A stretch of DNA of 64,000 nucleotides, from positions 192,001 to 256,000 of the forward strand of contig CAWCKJ010000006.1 in NCBI GenBank assembly GCA_963796105.1. The letters are read 5' to 3'. The notes below the pieces were generated by a model. The model saw only the letters and a program-made list of their open reading frames with translations. It had not been told where the DNA came from and ran no database searches. Both the position numbers and the translations under genes were made by a program. The stretch is from a candidate division FCPU426 bacterium. GTDB taxonomy: Bacteria > Oederibacteriota > Muellerivitia > Muellerivitales > Muellerivitaceae. Of the stretch, positions 29,001 through 38,121 are shown in pieces. Positions within the stretch are counted from its first letter, which is position 1; every line of letters begins with the position of its first letter.

Positions 29001-29969
29001 TTCTTGAAGCTTACCGGTTACGCAACCCGCGAGGAAGTGATTGGACAACCCTGGGATTTTCACCTTCATCCGGATGAAAAGAACGCGGTCCATAACAGGA
29101 TAAAAAACGCGATGGAATTGGGGGAATTCAATCCTCCTGCCGAGCGGAAAGTGGTCCGGAAAGACGGTTCTGTGGTCCTGGTGGAATCTCTGAGCTTTGG
29201 GATCCAATATGGGACTGAAAAGATGACCGTCGCTGTTTTGCGGGACTTGAGCGAGAGAAAGAACGCCGAACAAGCCGTCATGAAATTCGAGCGCTTGAGC
29301 ACGATAGGAGAAATGGCCGCCGCTCTGGCCCACGAGATTCGAAATCCCCTCTCTGGCATATCCCTTTCAGCCCAATACCTCCAAAGGAAATTCGGGAGCC
29401 AGCCGGAGGTTGTGGAGCAGGCCAAAAATGTCCTGGAGCAGTCCGAACGCCTCAAAAAACTCGTGGACGATACCTTGGATTACGCTCAGGATCGGCCGGC
29501 CGAGGAAAAAATGGTGAAAGACACTCGGGATCTGATGGCCCTATCCCTCCGCCAAGCGCAGGTCCAATTCGGGCCCAAACATGCCAATTTCCAAGTCCGG
29601 TGGGAATTTGAGCGTGACCAGTTTCACTTATTCGTCAACCCCTATCGAATCCAGCAGATACTTTCCAACCTAATCCTGAACGCATTCCAGGCCATGGGCG
29701 AGAATGGGATTTTGACTTTGAAGTGCTGGAAAAATGAAAAAGACGTTTATTTGGCGGTCCAGGACGACGGTCCAGGCGTCAATGATGAGGCGCTCTCCAG
29801 GCTTTTCGAGCCGTTTTTTACCACCAAATCCAACGGGTCTGGACTCGGGCTTTCGGTCAGCCGTAAGATTGCCGAATCGCATGGCGGAGACCTGAAGGTT
29901 GAGCGGCTCCGCCCCAAGGGCACCGTGTTTGTTCTTCGCATTCCTTGTGAAAAGGGAAAGCCGGCGTGA
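26097..29969 (+). CDS. Cytoplasmic histidine kinase with 8 tandem PAS domains
   Basis: Eight SEExFRxLxE..RD(I/V/M/L) units; AHEIRNPL H-box; NLILNA, DDGPG, FFTTK, GSGLGL. Confidence 0.95.
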   Translation: MKHKRTKISPKPRSKKSPNNNKKIDSKSISRTNDGIFPGILSPVVVPSDKPGKAKIKVRQSDQYRDLVEKFSDGIMIVGMDGRVHYASPSLERVLGNPAKDLVDKNALKALRPDSMGKVDAFVRKLLKTQGVVIHEEFKARHKSGSWRDLDVTGINHFNDPRVKGLVLNFRDITERRSAEKALRGSEELFRSLTENSHDVISLVGADGLVRYISPSQKKVLGYDPTELTGKKMDVLIHPDDLDRLHKIFRSFIQRVGETITVDVRAKHKDGSWRVMEATAINHLNNPAVHGIIVTHRDITDRKLTQDAIKASEEKFRALIEKSHEGVKIVGPDTLVRYVSPSVQGVLGYVPEDLLGKSCFEILHPEDREMAKAFFQELAGMPGIAKQGELRALHKDGSWRTLEITGTNHFNEPMVGGLVLNYRDITEVKKTREELRQSEEKFRTLIENSNDVLAVINLRAEVKYVSPSVKYVLGYSPEELAGHRDEDFIHPDDRDVLGKIVEVVTANPGKAIGFELRGKHKNGSWRRLEGTITNLLNNLPVMGFGAVFRDVTEKRRAEEEVVKSEKRFRSLIEHSHDLIQIWGPKGERLYESPTIERLLGYRPGERRGSAMDAGVTSDDDKAQKFLKHILAAPGLPLRAEIKARHKDGHFIDMEVVATNLLHDPAVGGIVVNSRNIAEKKLAEEALVKSEEKFRSLIEKSYDGIHMVDAQGKLLYVSPAIKKILGFDPEERIGRSFLELQPKEDREGVRREFERFVQNVGGTGTIRVRVRHKDGSLRYLEVAGTNLLNHPAIQGIVFNYRDMTEGILAEESIRQSEEKFRNLLEMIPYGIWVHRQKKITYINEAALRILGYRKAGELIGKESLELVHPEERDAAKKRIDHLKPGEHNPSVERRFLRKNGETVYTEVMSLSILSEGQPAVLVVIRDLTERKKNEAELRRSEENFRSLVENSPDAILIHWGEVIYYANPSFLKLTGYATREEVIGQPWDFHLHPDEKNAVHNRIKNAMELGEFNPPAERKVVRKDGSVVLVESLSFGIQYGTEKMTVAVLRDLSERKNAEQAVMKFERLSTIGEMAAALAHEIRNPLSGISLSAQYLQRKFGSQPEVVEQAKNVLEQSERLKKLVDDTLDYAQDRPAEEKMVKDTRDLMALSLRQAQVQFGPKHANFQVRWEFERDQFHLFVNPYRIQQILSNLILNAFQAMGENGILTLKCWKNEKDVYLAVQDDGPGVNDEALSRLFEPFFTTKSNGSGLGLSVSRKIAESHGGDLKVERLRPKGTVFVLRIPCEKGKPA

Positions 29970-31306
29970 AAATTTTAGTCATTGACGATGAAAAATCCAT
30001 GCATGTTTCCATGGTCCCTTTTTTCAGGGATGGTGGGCATGTGGTGGAAAGCGCCTTCACTGGGTCGGAGGGAAGCGAGAAAGCGGAAAAATTCCGGCCC
30101 GACCTAATTCTCCTGGATCTTTACCTGCCGGACGGAAACGGATTGGATCTCTTGGGACAATTCCGGACCCGATTCCCAAACTCGTCGGTCATCATCATGA
30201 CGGCCGCCGCGGGGGTAAAAACAGCGGTGGATGCCATCAAGGCCGGGGCTGAGGATTACCTGCAGAAACCCCTCAATTTGGACGATCTTCAAATTGTCCT
30301 GGCGAGATACGAGAAAAAACAAGGGCTGGTGGAGGAAGTGACGGCCCTGAAAAAATATCTCCAGGACCAGTTCGCCAACGAATATCTCTATCTGCCTGAT
30401 CCCGCTATGCGTGATGTTTACGGGCGCATCGAGCAGTTGTCCCAGCAGGACCAAGTGTCGGCCTTGATCCTGGGGGAAACCGGGACCGGAAAAGAGCACG
30501 TGGCCAAGCTGATCCACTTTCTTTCCGGCCGAAAGGCGAAGCCTTTCGTGGAGCTTCATTGCGGCGCCTTGCCGGAAACGCTTATGGAATCGGAACTCTT
30601 TGGCTATGAAGCCGGCGCCTTCACGGACGCCCGCAAACAGAAACTGGGACTATTCGAGGCGGCCCATGGAGGAAGCATATTCCTGGACGAGGTGGGTGAG
30701 ATGCCGCTTTCCACCCAAGCCAAGCTGTTGAAGGTCCTAGAGGAAAAAAAATTGCGCCGTTTGGGAAGCGTGAAGGAAATCCAGCTTGATGTCCGCGTGA
30801 TCGCGGCTACAAACCGGGATCTGGAGAAGGAAAGCCGTGAGGGTAGATTCCGCCTTGATCTTTACTACCGATTAAACGTCATTCCATTGACCCTGCCCCC
30901 CTTGAGAGGCCGGTCCAAAGACATCGCCGAATTGGCCAGGTTTTTTTGGGCCGAAGCCTGCAGGGTTTACAACCGAAAACTCGAGCCCCTTCAGGAAAAA
31001 ATCCTTCGGAAGTTTGAATCTTATACTTGGCCAGGGAACGTCCGGGAATTGAAAAACGTGGTGAACAGGATGGTTTTGTGCTGCAAAGGAAGCCGAGTGG
31101 GCTTGGAGGATGTTCCTGAGGAGATTAGGGTTGTTGGCGCGTCCCCGGTTATATCTCCCCAAGGTGTCTTTCAAAAGGTGGACGATGAAAAAGGGAATTT
31201 GGAGCAAGCCCTTCAACAATTTAAATGGAACAAGACTAAGACCGCTGAATTTCTCGGAGTCACTCGAAAAACGCTATTTAATAAGATGAAAAAGCACGGA
31301 CTCTAA
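29966..31306 (+). CDS. NtrC-family sigma-54-dependent response regulator
   Basis: Receiver; GETGTGKE; ESELFGYEAGAFTDA; FLDEV; WPGNVREL; Fis-type HTH. Confidence 0.96.
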   Translation: MKILVIDDEKSMHVSMVPFFRDGGHVVESAFTGSEGSEKAEKFRPDLILLDLYLPDGNGLDLLGQFRTRFPNSSVIIMTAAAGVKTAVDAIKAGAEDYLQKPLNLDDLQIVLARYEKKQGLVEEVTALKKYLQDQFANEYLYLPDPAMRDVYGRIEQLSQQDQVSALILGETGTGKEHVAKLIHFLSGRKAKPFVELHCGALPETLMESELFGYEAGAFTDARKQKLGLFEAAHGGSIFLDEVGEMPLSTQAKLLKVLEEKKLRRLGSVKEIQLDVRVIAATNRDLEKESREGRFRLDLYYRLNVIPLTLPPLRGRSKDIAELARFFWAEACRVYNRKLEPLQEKILRKFESYTWPGNVRELKNVVNRMVLCCKGSRVGLEDVPEEIRVVGASPVISPQGVFQKVDDEKGNLEQALQQFKWNKTKTAEFLGVTRKTLFNKMKKHGL

Positions 31307-31333
31307 ATTTAAAATTCATCTAGTCTAATTTTA

Positions 31334-32321
31334 AATGCCTCTCCAAACGGTACCTGTTGAAATAAAGGAATACAGGAGTATACTCATTGTTGGAGGGGCA
31401 AATTATGAACTACCAACGGATGAAGGGGATTGAGATTTTCAAGGAAATCGATACAGAAGAAAAGGCACGTCAATGGGTGTGGAAGAGCCGTTTTGCCGGA
31501 AAAGACTTTGTTTGCCCACAATGTGAAGGAGAAAGTTTCTGGCAACACAAAAACCGCCCCGAAGTGCGGGAATGTGACTATTGTCGAAAGCAAATACGGC
31601 TTCGAGCCGGAACGATCTTCCGGAAATCCAAGATCCCAATCTTAACCTGGTTGAGGATGATTGGATTGGTGATGCAAGGGAAAAGGGGCATTTCAGCCCT
31701 GGAACTTCAGCGGCAATTGGGAATGCCCTCCTACGATACCGTTTGGAGGATGTTGCATAAGATTCGGGAAAGTCTTCGACAAAGGGATGAAAATTACCAA
31801 CTCAAGGAAATCATTGAGTTGGATGGGGCTGTATTCGGCAAGAGAGAAAAGGAAAACCAGGCTGAAGTGCTGGTGGCGGTTGAAAGCAAAGAATGGATAG
31901 ATGAGAAAGGGCGCAAAAAAGAGAAAGCGGGTTTTGCAAAGATAAAGGTGACCGCAGAAACCAAGTGGGAAGCCCAAGCATTCGTCGATCAAGCAATCCA
32001 GAAAGGCGCCATGATAAACACGGATGCCAGTCCCAGCTTGAGAAACTTGGAAAACGTGGATGTGGAGTACCAGGTAACAGCCAATGACCCAGTGGTGTTA
32101 AATCACTGGTTACCTTGGGTCCACCGATTCATTTCCAACGCCAAGGCTTGGATCCTAGGAACCCATCATGGAGTCAACGTGAAATATCTGCCTGGATACT
32201 TGAGCGAATATACTTATCGGTTCAATCGTCGCCATGACCCAGATTCCTTATTTCACCGGGCCTTAACCGCTTGCGCTTTGGCAAAACCCATTACTGCGCA
32301 AGCGTTGTTCGGATAGGCATG
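31334..32321 (+). mobile_element. IS1595-family insertion sequence (988 bp)
   Basis: Imperfect TIRs AATGCCTCTCCAAAC / CATGCCTATCCGAAC; 8-bp TSD TAATTTTA at 31326-31333 and 32322-32329. Confidence 0.88.
31405..32316 (+). CDS. IS1595-family DDE transposase
   Basis: CPQC..CDYC zinc ribbon, GISALELQRQL HTH, ELDG, NTD, YLSEYTYRFNRR. Confidence 0.95.
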   Translation: MNYQRMKGIEIFKEIDTEEKARQWVWKSRFAGKDFVCPQCEGESFWQHKNRPEVRECDYCRKQIRLRAGTIFRKSKIPILTWLRMIGLVMQGKRGISALELQRQLGMPSYDTVWRMLHKIRESLRQRDENYQLKEIIELDGAVFGKREKENQAEVLVAVESKEWIDEKGRKKEKAGFAKIKVTAETKWEAQAFVDQAIQKGAMINTDASPSLRNLENVDVEYQVTANDPVVLNHWLPWVHRFISNAKAWILGTHHGVNVKYLPGYLSEYTYRFNRRHDPDSLFHRALTACALAKPITAQALFG

Positions 32322-32363
32322 TAATTTTAAGTTTTGTAGAGCCTTTTCACACTTTGGAACAAT

Positions 32364-32382
32364 TTTACCCACATTGGGTAAA
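32364..32382. promoter_or_regulatory. Palindromic candidate upstream activator site
   Basis: TTTACCCA-cat-TGGGTAAA about 100 bp upstream of the predicted sigma-54 start site. Confidence 0.5.
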
Positions 32383-32449
32383 TAGTAATCCTTAAATTTT
32401 TCCCACCTAAAATTTTCGATATATAAAGCCATTTTCATCCCAAAGTTCT

Positions 32450-32465
32450 TGGCATGTCACTTGCT
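32450..32465 (+). promoter_or_regulatory. sigma-54 (-24/-12) promoter
   Basis: TGGCATGTCACTTGCT matches TGGCAY-N5-TTGCW with exact GG-N10-GC spacing; adjacent to an NtrC-type gene. Confidence 0.75.
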
Positions 32466-32672
32466 TTGTTAATCTTATAGGTGAGTGGTTTTTTTGCTCA
32501 TCCAAATATTCAATGAACTCACGACGCCCACCTATCTTTTTCCTGACAGGGTTCCAGTGATTGAGATGCAATCCACAACCGTAACAGTCCCTTCCCAAAA
32601 CCTCCCGAGGCTGGAATTTGTGTTTCGCCATCCTGAAAAACCATTCCATTTCAATTTGAACGCGAGTCAACC

Positions 32673-33041
32673 GTGATCAGACCCGTTTTAAATTTCTTAA
32701 GGGAATTGGACAGGGATTTAGATTCCCTATCCATGCGATTGGCATGGTCTCCCGGGTTGAACCAAAGAATGCTTATGAACTCTTGCCTGGAATTGGAGCA
32801 ATGGTTGTACCGGGTTCGTGAAAGGGATAACCATTGGCCCGGTTTGTTTTTAAAAAGGGTTCGAAAAATCGACGAACTTGTCCGGGAAGGAATTCCTTTG
32901 ACTGAAATTCAGGACCAGCTTATCAGCTTGATTGGCCTCGTTTCCGGGAAATTCCATGAAGCAAGGTTTTTCGGGTTGTTCTCTCTCAAAGAAGCCTCCA
33001 TCCCTGTGGAACCTTTCGCGGCCAGGGCGGGAACACTATGA
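32673..33041 (+). CDS. Hypothetical helical protein (paralog of 33621-33992)
   Basis: ATGA overlap with the next gene; colinear similarity to the downstream ORF. Confidence 0.7.
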   Translation: MIRPVLNFLRELDRDLDSLSMRLAWSPGLNQRMLMNSCLELEQWLYRVRERDNHWPGLFLKRVRKIDELVREGIPLTEIQDQLISLIGLVSGKFHEARFFGLFSLKEASIPVEPFAARAGTL

Positions 33042-33508
33042 TCGCCAATATCAATAAGGAAAAAGACGTGCTTAAGAGGGCGGCTAAACATCACCCGGGG
33101 TCCAAGAAGGGAATGAACGTCAAAGGATCGTCTCGAATCCTTTTGTTGCAAGACAGCGATGAAGTGCGGGATTTCGCACTTAAATTCATCCGCAGGGCTT
33201 TGGGTTGTTGCGACATTCTTGAAATATCCAAGATAGGCCCCGCGCTCTTGACCATGATTAAGGAAAATTTTGATCTCATCGTCATCGATTTGGAAGCCCA
33301 GGGTCTAGTGGGGGGGTCTTTCTTAAGAGAGGCGAGATCCGTTATCAGGATACAAGAGAAACCCATCCTTGCTTTGACCGAGAATATTACGCCCCAACTT
33401 CTAAGGGAATTTAAGGAGGATCGGGAGACTTGGTTTATAGAGAAGAGCGTTCCTGTGAAAGAAGCGTCCGAATTGGTCCGAGTTTTGTTGAACCTTCAAA
33501 AGGCTTAG
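33038..33508 (+). CDS. Atypical single-domain response regulator
   Basis: RILLLQD, FDLIVID, PILALT and FIEK follow receiver topology. Confidence 0.75.
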   Translation: MIANINKEKDVLKRAAKHHPGSKKGMNVKGSSRILLLQDSDEVRDFALKFIRRALGCCDILEISKIGPALLTMIKENFDLIVIDLEAQGLVGGSFLREARSVIRIQEKPILALTENITPQLLREFKEDRETWFIEKSVPVKEASELVRVLLNLQKA

Positions 33509-33620
33509 TTATCGGCTTTAAACCCCGGCGGTGAGCGGGAAGGGAATCGAGAGTTTTTTCGGTCAAGGTTTCTCAGACGTTCGGGGGATTTGCGTTAATA
33601 AAGAAAAATGGGAGAGTGTG

Positions 33621-33992
33621 ATGAACCTCACTCCGGATGAATGGCTAGAGCAAATGGAAAAAGACCTGAATACGCTTGGAACGCAAGTGGCCTTGACCCA
33701 TTCGGCCGATTCCCAAAAACTCAAGACTATCATGGGTAATATGGAAGCTTGGGCGGGAAGGGCAAGGGAGCGCCGCGTTCAATGGGCTGGATCTATTTTG
33801 GAGGAAATCCGGAATTTAGTTCATCAACTCGACGCGGGCCACGCCTGTGAACATGTCCTATTAAAAATGATGCATTTGGTGATTGAATCTTCCCGGAATC
33901 TTTACCACCTTCGGCTGGACATGGAATTGGAAAAGGAAGCCCGAGCCAAGAACAACCACGCGGGAACAGGCAACAATGTTTTCGCGTCCTGA
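33621..33992 (+). CDS. Hypothetical helical protein
   Basis: GGAGA RBS; similarity to 32673-33041. Confidence 0.7.
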   Translation: MNLTPDEWLEQMEKDLNTLGTQVALTHSADSQKLKTIMGNMEAWAGRARERRVQWAGSILEEIRNLVHQLDAGHACEHVLLKMMHLVIESSRNLYHLRLDMELEKEARAKNNHAGTGNNVFAS

Positions 33993-34222
33993 TTGGGGAT
34001 AGTTTCCGGGCTTTTCAATTAAAAAGGCGTTTTTATTACCGCTGAAAAAGCATAAGAAATTAAAAATTCAATCAAATTAAATTATTTTTACGGAAATCCC
34101 CACCCCAACCCTTTCTTTAAGCAAGGTCCCTGGTTTTTCCCATGATGCAATCCGCCTGAACTTTGACGATAATGGAAAGACCAGAACGGTCCTGGTAATA
34201 CCGTTCTTTCCCAGGGGGTTGC

Positions 34223-35605
34223 ATGCCGCGACTATTCACCTGGCCTTTGGGCCAAGTCGTTTTGATCCTGAATTTTCTTTTAACCCTCCTTTTCGTGTCT
34301 TTTGTACTGCGTTCCAAGCGGCCTCCCGGAAATACACTCGCCTGGCTGTTGTTCATCGTGCTGGTTCCTTATATCGGGATCCCCCTCTATGTTCTCTTGG
34401 CGGACCGGAAGTTTCAGACCCGATTGCGGAAGAAAAAACACTTATACCAACCCAACCCCGAGGAAGTTCCAAGGCAGGAAGATACGGTGGATAAGCTCCT
34501 GGCGGGTTTGGGATTGCCGCCCTCCTGCTCGGGGCAAAAAGCCCGTTTGATCCTCAATGGGGAACAGGCATACAAGGATATTGTCGAGTTGATCGAGTCG
34601 GCCCGCAAAAGGATTCACTTGGCGACTTTTATATTCGCCGATGACGAGGTTGGAAAATCCCTCGCTGGACTCCTTGAAAAAAAGGCCGAGCAGGGCGTCC
34701 AGGTTCGTTTGCTTTTGGATTCCCTGGGTTCCTTCATGGTGCGACACCCCTCATTCAAGGGGTTGAAGTCAAAAGGGGGTGAAGCCGTTTTTTTCAATCC
34801 GGTCATCCATATGCCCCTCAGGGGAAGAGCCAATCTGCGCTATCACCGGAAACTCCTGATCATTGATTCCCAAAAAGCCCTTCTGGGAGGGATGAATATC
34901 GCGAAAGAGTACATCGGGCCACAGCCCGATTCAGGCCGTTGGATCGATCTCGGCCTGGAGGCGGAGGGCGCCTGCGTCCGGGACATGGAAGCCGTTTTCG
35001 GGGAGGACTGGAAATTCGCGACCGGGGAAAAGCCAGGCAGGGAAATTGTTGAGGGGCCTGAGGCCCCCGGGGAATCCAGCCTGCGGGTCATAGCCGGGGG
35101 CCCGGATGTCATGTGGGACCCCCTTTACGACACCTTGATCTCGCTGATTTACCAGGCGTCAAAAAGAATCTGGATCGCGACTCCCTATTTCATTCCCGAT
35201 GACGCCCTCAATATGGCCTTGAAGCTGGCGGCCCGGAGGGGAGTTGATGTAAGGGTCTTGGTCCCCCGGAAATCGAATCATTTCCTCGCAGACCTGGCCC
35301 GCGGCACCTACTTGCGGGATCTCCTGCGCTCCGGCTGCCAGGTCTCGCTGGTGGAGAAAATGATGCATGCCAAGGCGGTGCTGGTGGATGGGGACTACGC
35401 CATCTTGGGCTCAGCCAACTTCGACATGAGAAGCCTGCTATTGAATTACGAGATCGGCGTCATGATCCGGTCAGGAGCCCCTTTGGAAGCCCTGCAACAC
35501 TGGTTCCAAAAACAGTTCCATGAGGCTGGGAGACCAGAGCACAAAGTGGGGTACTGGCGGGATCTAGCCGAGGGATTGGGAAGGGTTTTAGGTCCCCTTA
35601 TTTAA
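34223..35605 (+). CDS. cls: Cardiolipin synthase (PLD family)
   Basis: N-terminal TM pair; two HKD motifs HRKLLIID and HAKAVLVD; TPYFIP; GSANFDMRS. Confidence 0.92.
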   Translation: MPRLFTWPLGQVVLILNFLLTLLFVSFVLRSKRPPGNTLAWLLFIVLVPYIGIPLYVLLADRKFQTRLRKKKHLYQPNPEEVPRQEDTVDKLLAGLGLPPSCSGQKARLILNGEQAYKDIVELIESARKRIHLATFIFADDEVGKSLAGLLEKKAEQGVQVRLLLDSLGSFMVRHPSFKGLKSKGGEAVFFNPVIHMPLRGRANLRYHRKLLIIDSQKALLGGMNIAKEYIGPQPDSGRWIDLGLEAEGACVRDMEAVFGEDWKFATGEKPGREIVEGPEAPGESSLRVIAGGPDVMWDPLYDTLISLIYQASKRIWIATPYFIPDDALNMALKLAARRGVDVRVLVPRKSNHFLADLARGTYLRDLLRSGCQVSLVEKMMHAKAVLVDGDYAILGSANFDMRSLLLNYEIGVMIRSGAPLEALQHWFQKQFHEAGRPEHKVGYWRDLAEGLGRVLGPLI

Positions 35606-35638
35606 GGTGCTTTACGCAGTCTGGATGATCTATCTGGC

Positions 35639-36622
35639 TCAATCGATGGGTATTTCCTTCATGAACTGCTGGTTGAGGTAGATTTGCGCTGAGGCCTTTC
35701 CGGTCACGCTGACCCCCACTTCCACATGATCCTTGGATGATTCCATCCGGTTATAAATTGTCCGGGTTCCAGTACTGTCGAAAACATCGATCTGCAGGCG
35801 TTTGGGTCCGCCCTCGGGAATATCGTAGGAAATCCTCGAGTAACGGGCTTTGAGATCCCTCTCGCCAGACTTGGCGCTGACCACGAAGGATACGGAATCC
35901 TTGGGGAGGATCCGCACTCCCGGCTCCGGGGTTTGTGAAAGAATGGTTTCCGAGTCCAGGTCGTCATGGACCTCGCTGGTGATTTTCTCGATGGTAATCC
36001 CTGCGGGCCTCAAGGCCTTAAACGCCTTTTCCAACGGCTGGTTTTTCATGTCGGGCATCACGTACGAAGGGTCCTGTGGCCCCGTGGAAACCAGCAGATT
36101 CACTTCCGCGAAGGATTCTGCGGTCGTCCCAGGTTCGGGAACCTGGGCCATGACCGTATCCTTAGGCTCCGTAAAAGAGGAGATCATGGATTCGCGCCCC
36201 ACCCTCAGCCGGTTCGCCGCCAGCTGAATTTGCGCCTCTTGAAAGGACAAACCCGCGACCAGGGGAATCTTGACCATCGGGCTGCCCTTGCTGATGACCG
36301 CTTCCACGACCTGCCCCCGCTTGGCGTAATTATTAGCCTTGGGGATTTGCTCGCTGACCAGCCCGGCCGGGACGTGCTCATCGAATTGTGAACGGATAAT
36401 CTTTAATCCCAAACCCTTGGATGATACCAATTTTTCCGCTTGGGCTTGATCTAGGCCGATTATTTTCGGCACGATCATGGGCTGGTGGCGTCGCATGAAG
36501 TACATGGCCCCTGAACCCGCAATCAGGGTGACCAGGGTGAAAATTCCCAGTAGAGCAAGGGCGTTTTGCAGCAATTTTTTCTCGGCGGGAGTCCATTGGT
36601 TTTTTGAAAAAGATGGCTGCAT
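35639..36622 (-). CDS. Membrane-anchored protein with three PASTA domains
   Basis: TM helix then VPKIIG../IPLVAG../MPDMKN.. repeats, each ending Q.P..G....V....VS.G. Confidence 0.88.
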   Translation of the reverse strand: MQPSFSKNQWTPAEKKLLQNALALLGIFTLVTLIAGSGAMYFMRRHQPMIVPKIIGLDQAQAEKLVSSKGLGLKIIRSQFDEHVPAGLVSEQIPKANNYAKRGQVVEAVISKGSPMVKIPLVAGLSFQEAQIQLAANRLRVGRESMISSFTEPKDTVMAQVPEPGTTAESFAEVNLLVSTGPQDPSYVMPDMKNQPLEKAFKALRPAGITIEKITSEVHDDLDSETILSQTPEPGVRILPKDSVSFVVSAKSGERDLKARYSRISYDIPEGGPKRLQIDVFDSTGTRTIYNRMESSKDHVEVGVSVTGKASAQIYLNQQFMKEIPID

Positions 36623-36623
36623 T

Positions 36624-37709
36624 TTAGGACCTGCCTTGTTTTGGAGCCCCGGAGGCATTCTCAAACCCTAATTGACCGCAGGCCGCCGCGATATCCTCGC
36701 CTTTTCTTTCCCTTAAAAACGCCTTTAATCCCCGCTCCCTTAATCCGTTTTTAAATTCCTGGACCTCCTCCGCTCCGGGGGACTCGAAGGGAAGGGAAGG
36801 AACGGAATTGTAGCGAATCAGGTTTACCTTGCAAAGCAGATCCTTACAAAAACCCGTTAATTTGTCCAAGTCCCTGGGACGGTCGTTTATACCTTTGAGA
36901 AGAATATATTCCAAAGTGACGGGGAGGCGCCTTGTGAAAGTAAACTGCCGGAGGAGTTTTTTCAATGGGATCAGGGGATTGGACCGGCTGACGGGCATAA
37001 GGCGGTCCCGGATTTCCTGGTCAGCGCTATGAAGGGAGAGAGCCAAGGAAACAGGCCAGTCATCCTTGATGAAACGCTTGAGGGGCTCCATCAATCCCGA
37101 GGTGGATAGGGTAATCCGCCGCCGTCCCAGCCCCAAGCCCTCCGGATCGTGAAGGATTCGCATGGCTTTCTCGGTTGCCTCGTAATTGTCCAGGGGCTCT
37201 CCCATGCCCATGACCACGACGTTATTGAACCTAGTGTTGGAGTCCCGCTCCATCCCGAGGGCTTGGGCGATGATCTCGCCTGTAGTGAGGCTCCTTTGGA
37301 ACTTTGGGACGCCTGTGGCGCAAAAGGCGCATTTCATTCTGCATCCGGCCTGGGTGGAAAGGCAGTGGGTGTAATAACCAGGTTCCCCGCCCTCTTCCTG
37401 GGACATCGGCAGGAGCACGCTTTCCACCAGCGGGGCAAATTCCCGGGAGTCAGGTCCCAGGCTCCAAAGGTACTTGACCGTGCCGTCGGCGGATACTTTT
37501 TTTTCGACTAACGTCATGGGTGTGAGGAGGGCTTTTAAGGAAAGCTCTTCCCTTAGGTCCTTGGGAAGGTCGGTCATTTCCAAGAAACTTCCCGCTTTCT
37601 TCCGGTAAAGCCACTGGAAAACCTGCCCCCCTGTATAACGGGGGGATCCCCATTCCATTAGTAGTCCAGTTATTTCCTCACGGGTAAGATTGTAAAAATC
37701 GGCAATCAT
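36624..37709 (-). CDS. rlmN: 23S rRNA m2A2503/tRNA radical-SAM methyltransferase
   Basis: CLSTQAGCRMKCAFC, MGMGEPL, AACGQL. Confidence 0.96.
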   Translation of the reverse strand: MIADFYNLTREEITGLLMEWGSPRYTGGQVFQWLYRKKAGSFLEMTDLPKDLREELSLKALLTPMTLVEKKVSADGTVKYLWSLGPDSREFAPLVESVLLPMSQEEGGEPGYYTHCLSTQAGCRMKCAFCATGVPKFQRSLTTGEIIAQALGMERDSNTRFNNVVVMGMGEPLDNYEATEKAMRILHDPEGLGLGRRRITLSTSGLMEPLKRFIKDDWPVSLALSLHSADQEIRDRLMPVSRSNPLIPLKKLLRQFTFTRRLPVTLEYILLKGINDRPRDLDKLTGFCKDLLCKVNLIRYNSVPSLPFESPGAEEVQEFKNGLRERGLKAFLRERKGEDIAAACGQLGFENASGAPKQGRS

Positions 37710-38121
37710 TTCCTGGAGCCTTTTCCTTCAATTGAGGGATTAGCATACCAAAAGAATCGGCGGGAGTTAAAGATTCAGCGGGGAATAAAAGATGCGATTC
37801 GGTAAGTGTTTGAACCCTCGGGAAACCAATCATTTTCCAGGAAAAGTAAAAGTTGTTTTGGGTATCTTGGGTTTATGCCCTTTAGGAATTTGAGATGGAA
37901 TGGTTCAAGGCGAATCACCCGAGCGTGAGGAAGTTAGTGGATAAGTCCGGCAAACAAGCCTTGCCAAAGCTTGAAACGGGCTGTTAAATTAAGTGAATTC
38001 AAGGAAACTTCATATTCTCCAAATCGGATGGAATCCGGCGGGAAACAGCGAAGCGTGGCTTTGAAAACTCCCGACGGATTTTGAAGTTTTCTTTTGAAAA
38101 AAATTCAAAAGGAAAGACGAA

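Noticed and set aside
37800..38110. His attenuator, T-box or riboswitch upstream of hisG
   Set aside because: One imperfect hairpin (~38033-38082) but no His-codon leader, T-box motif or terminator.
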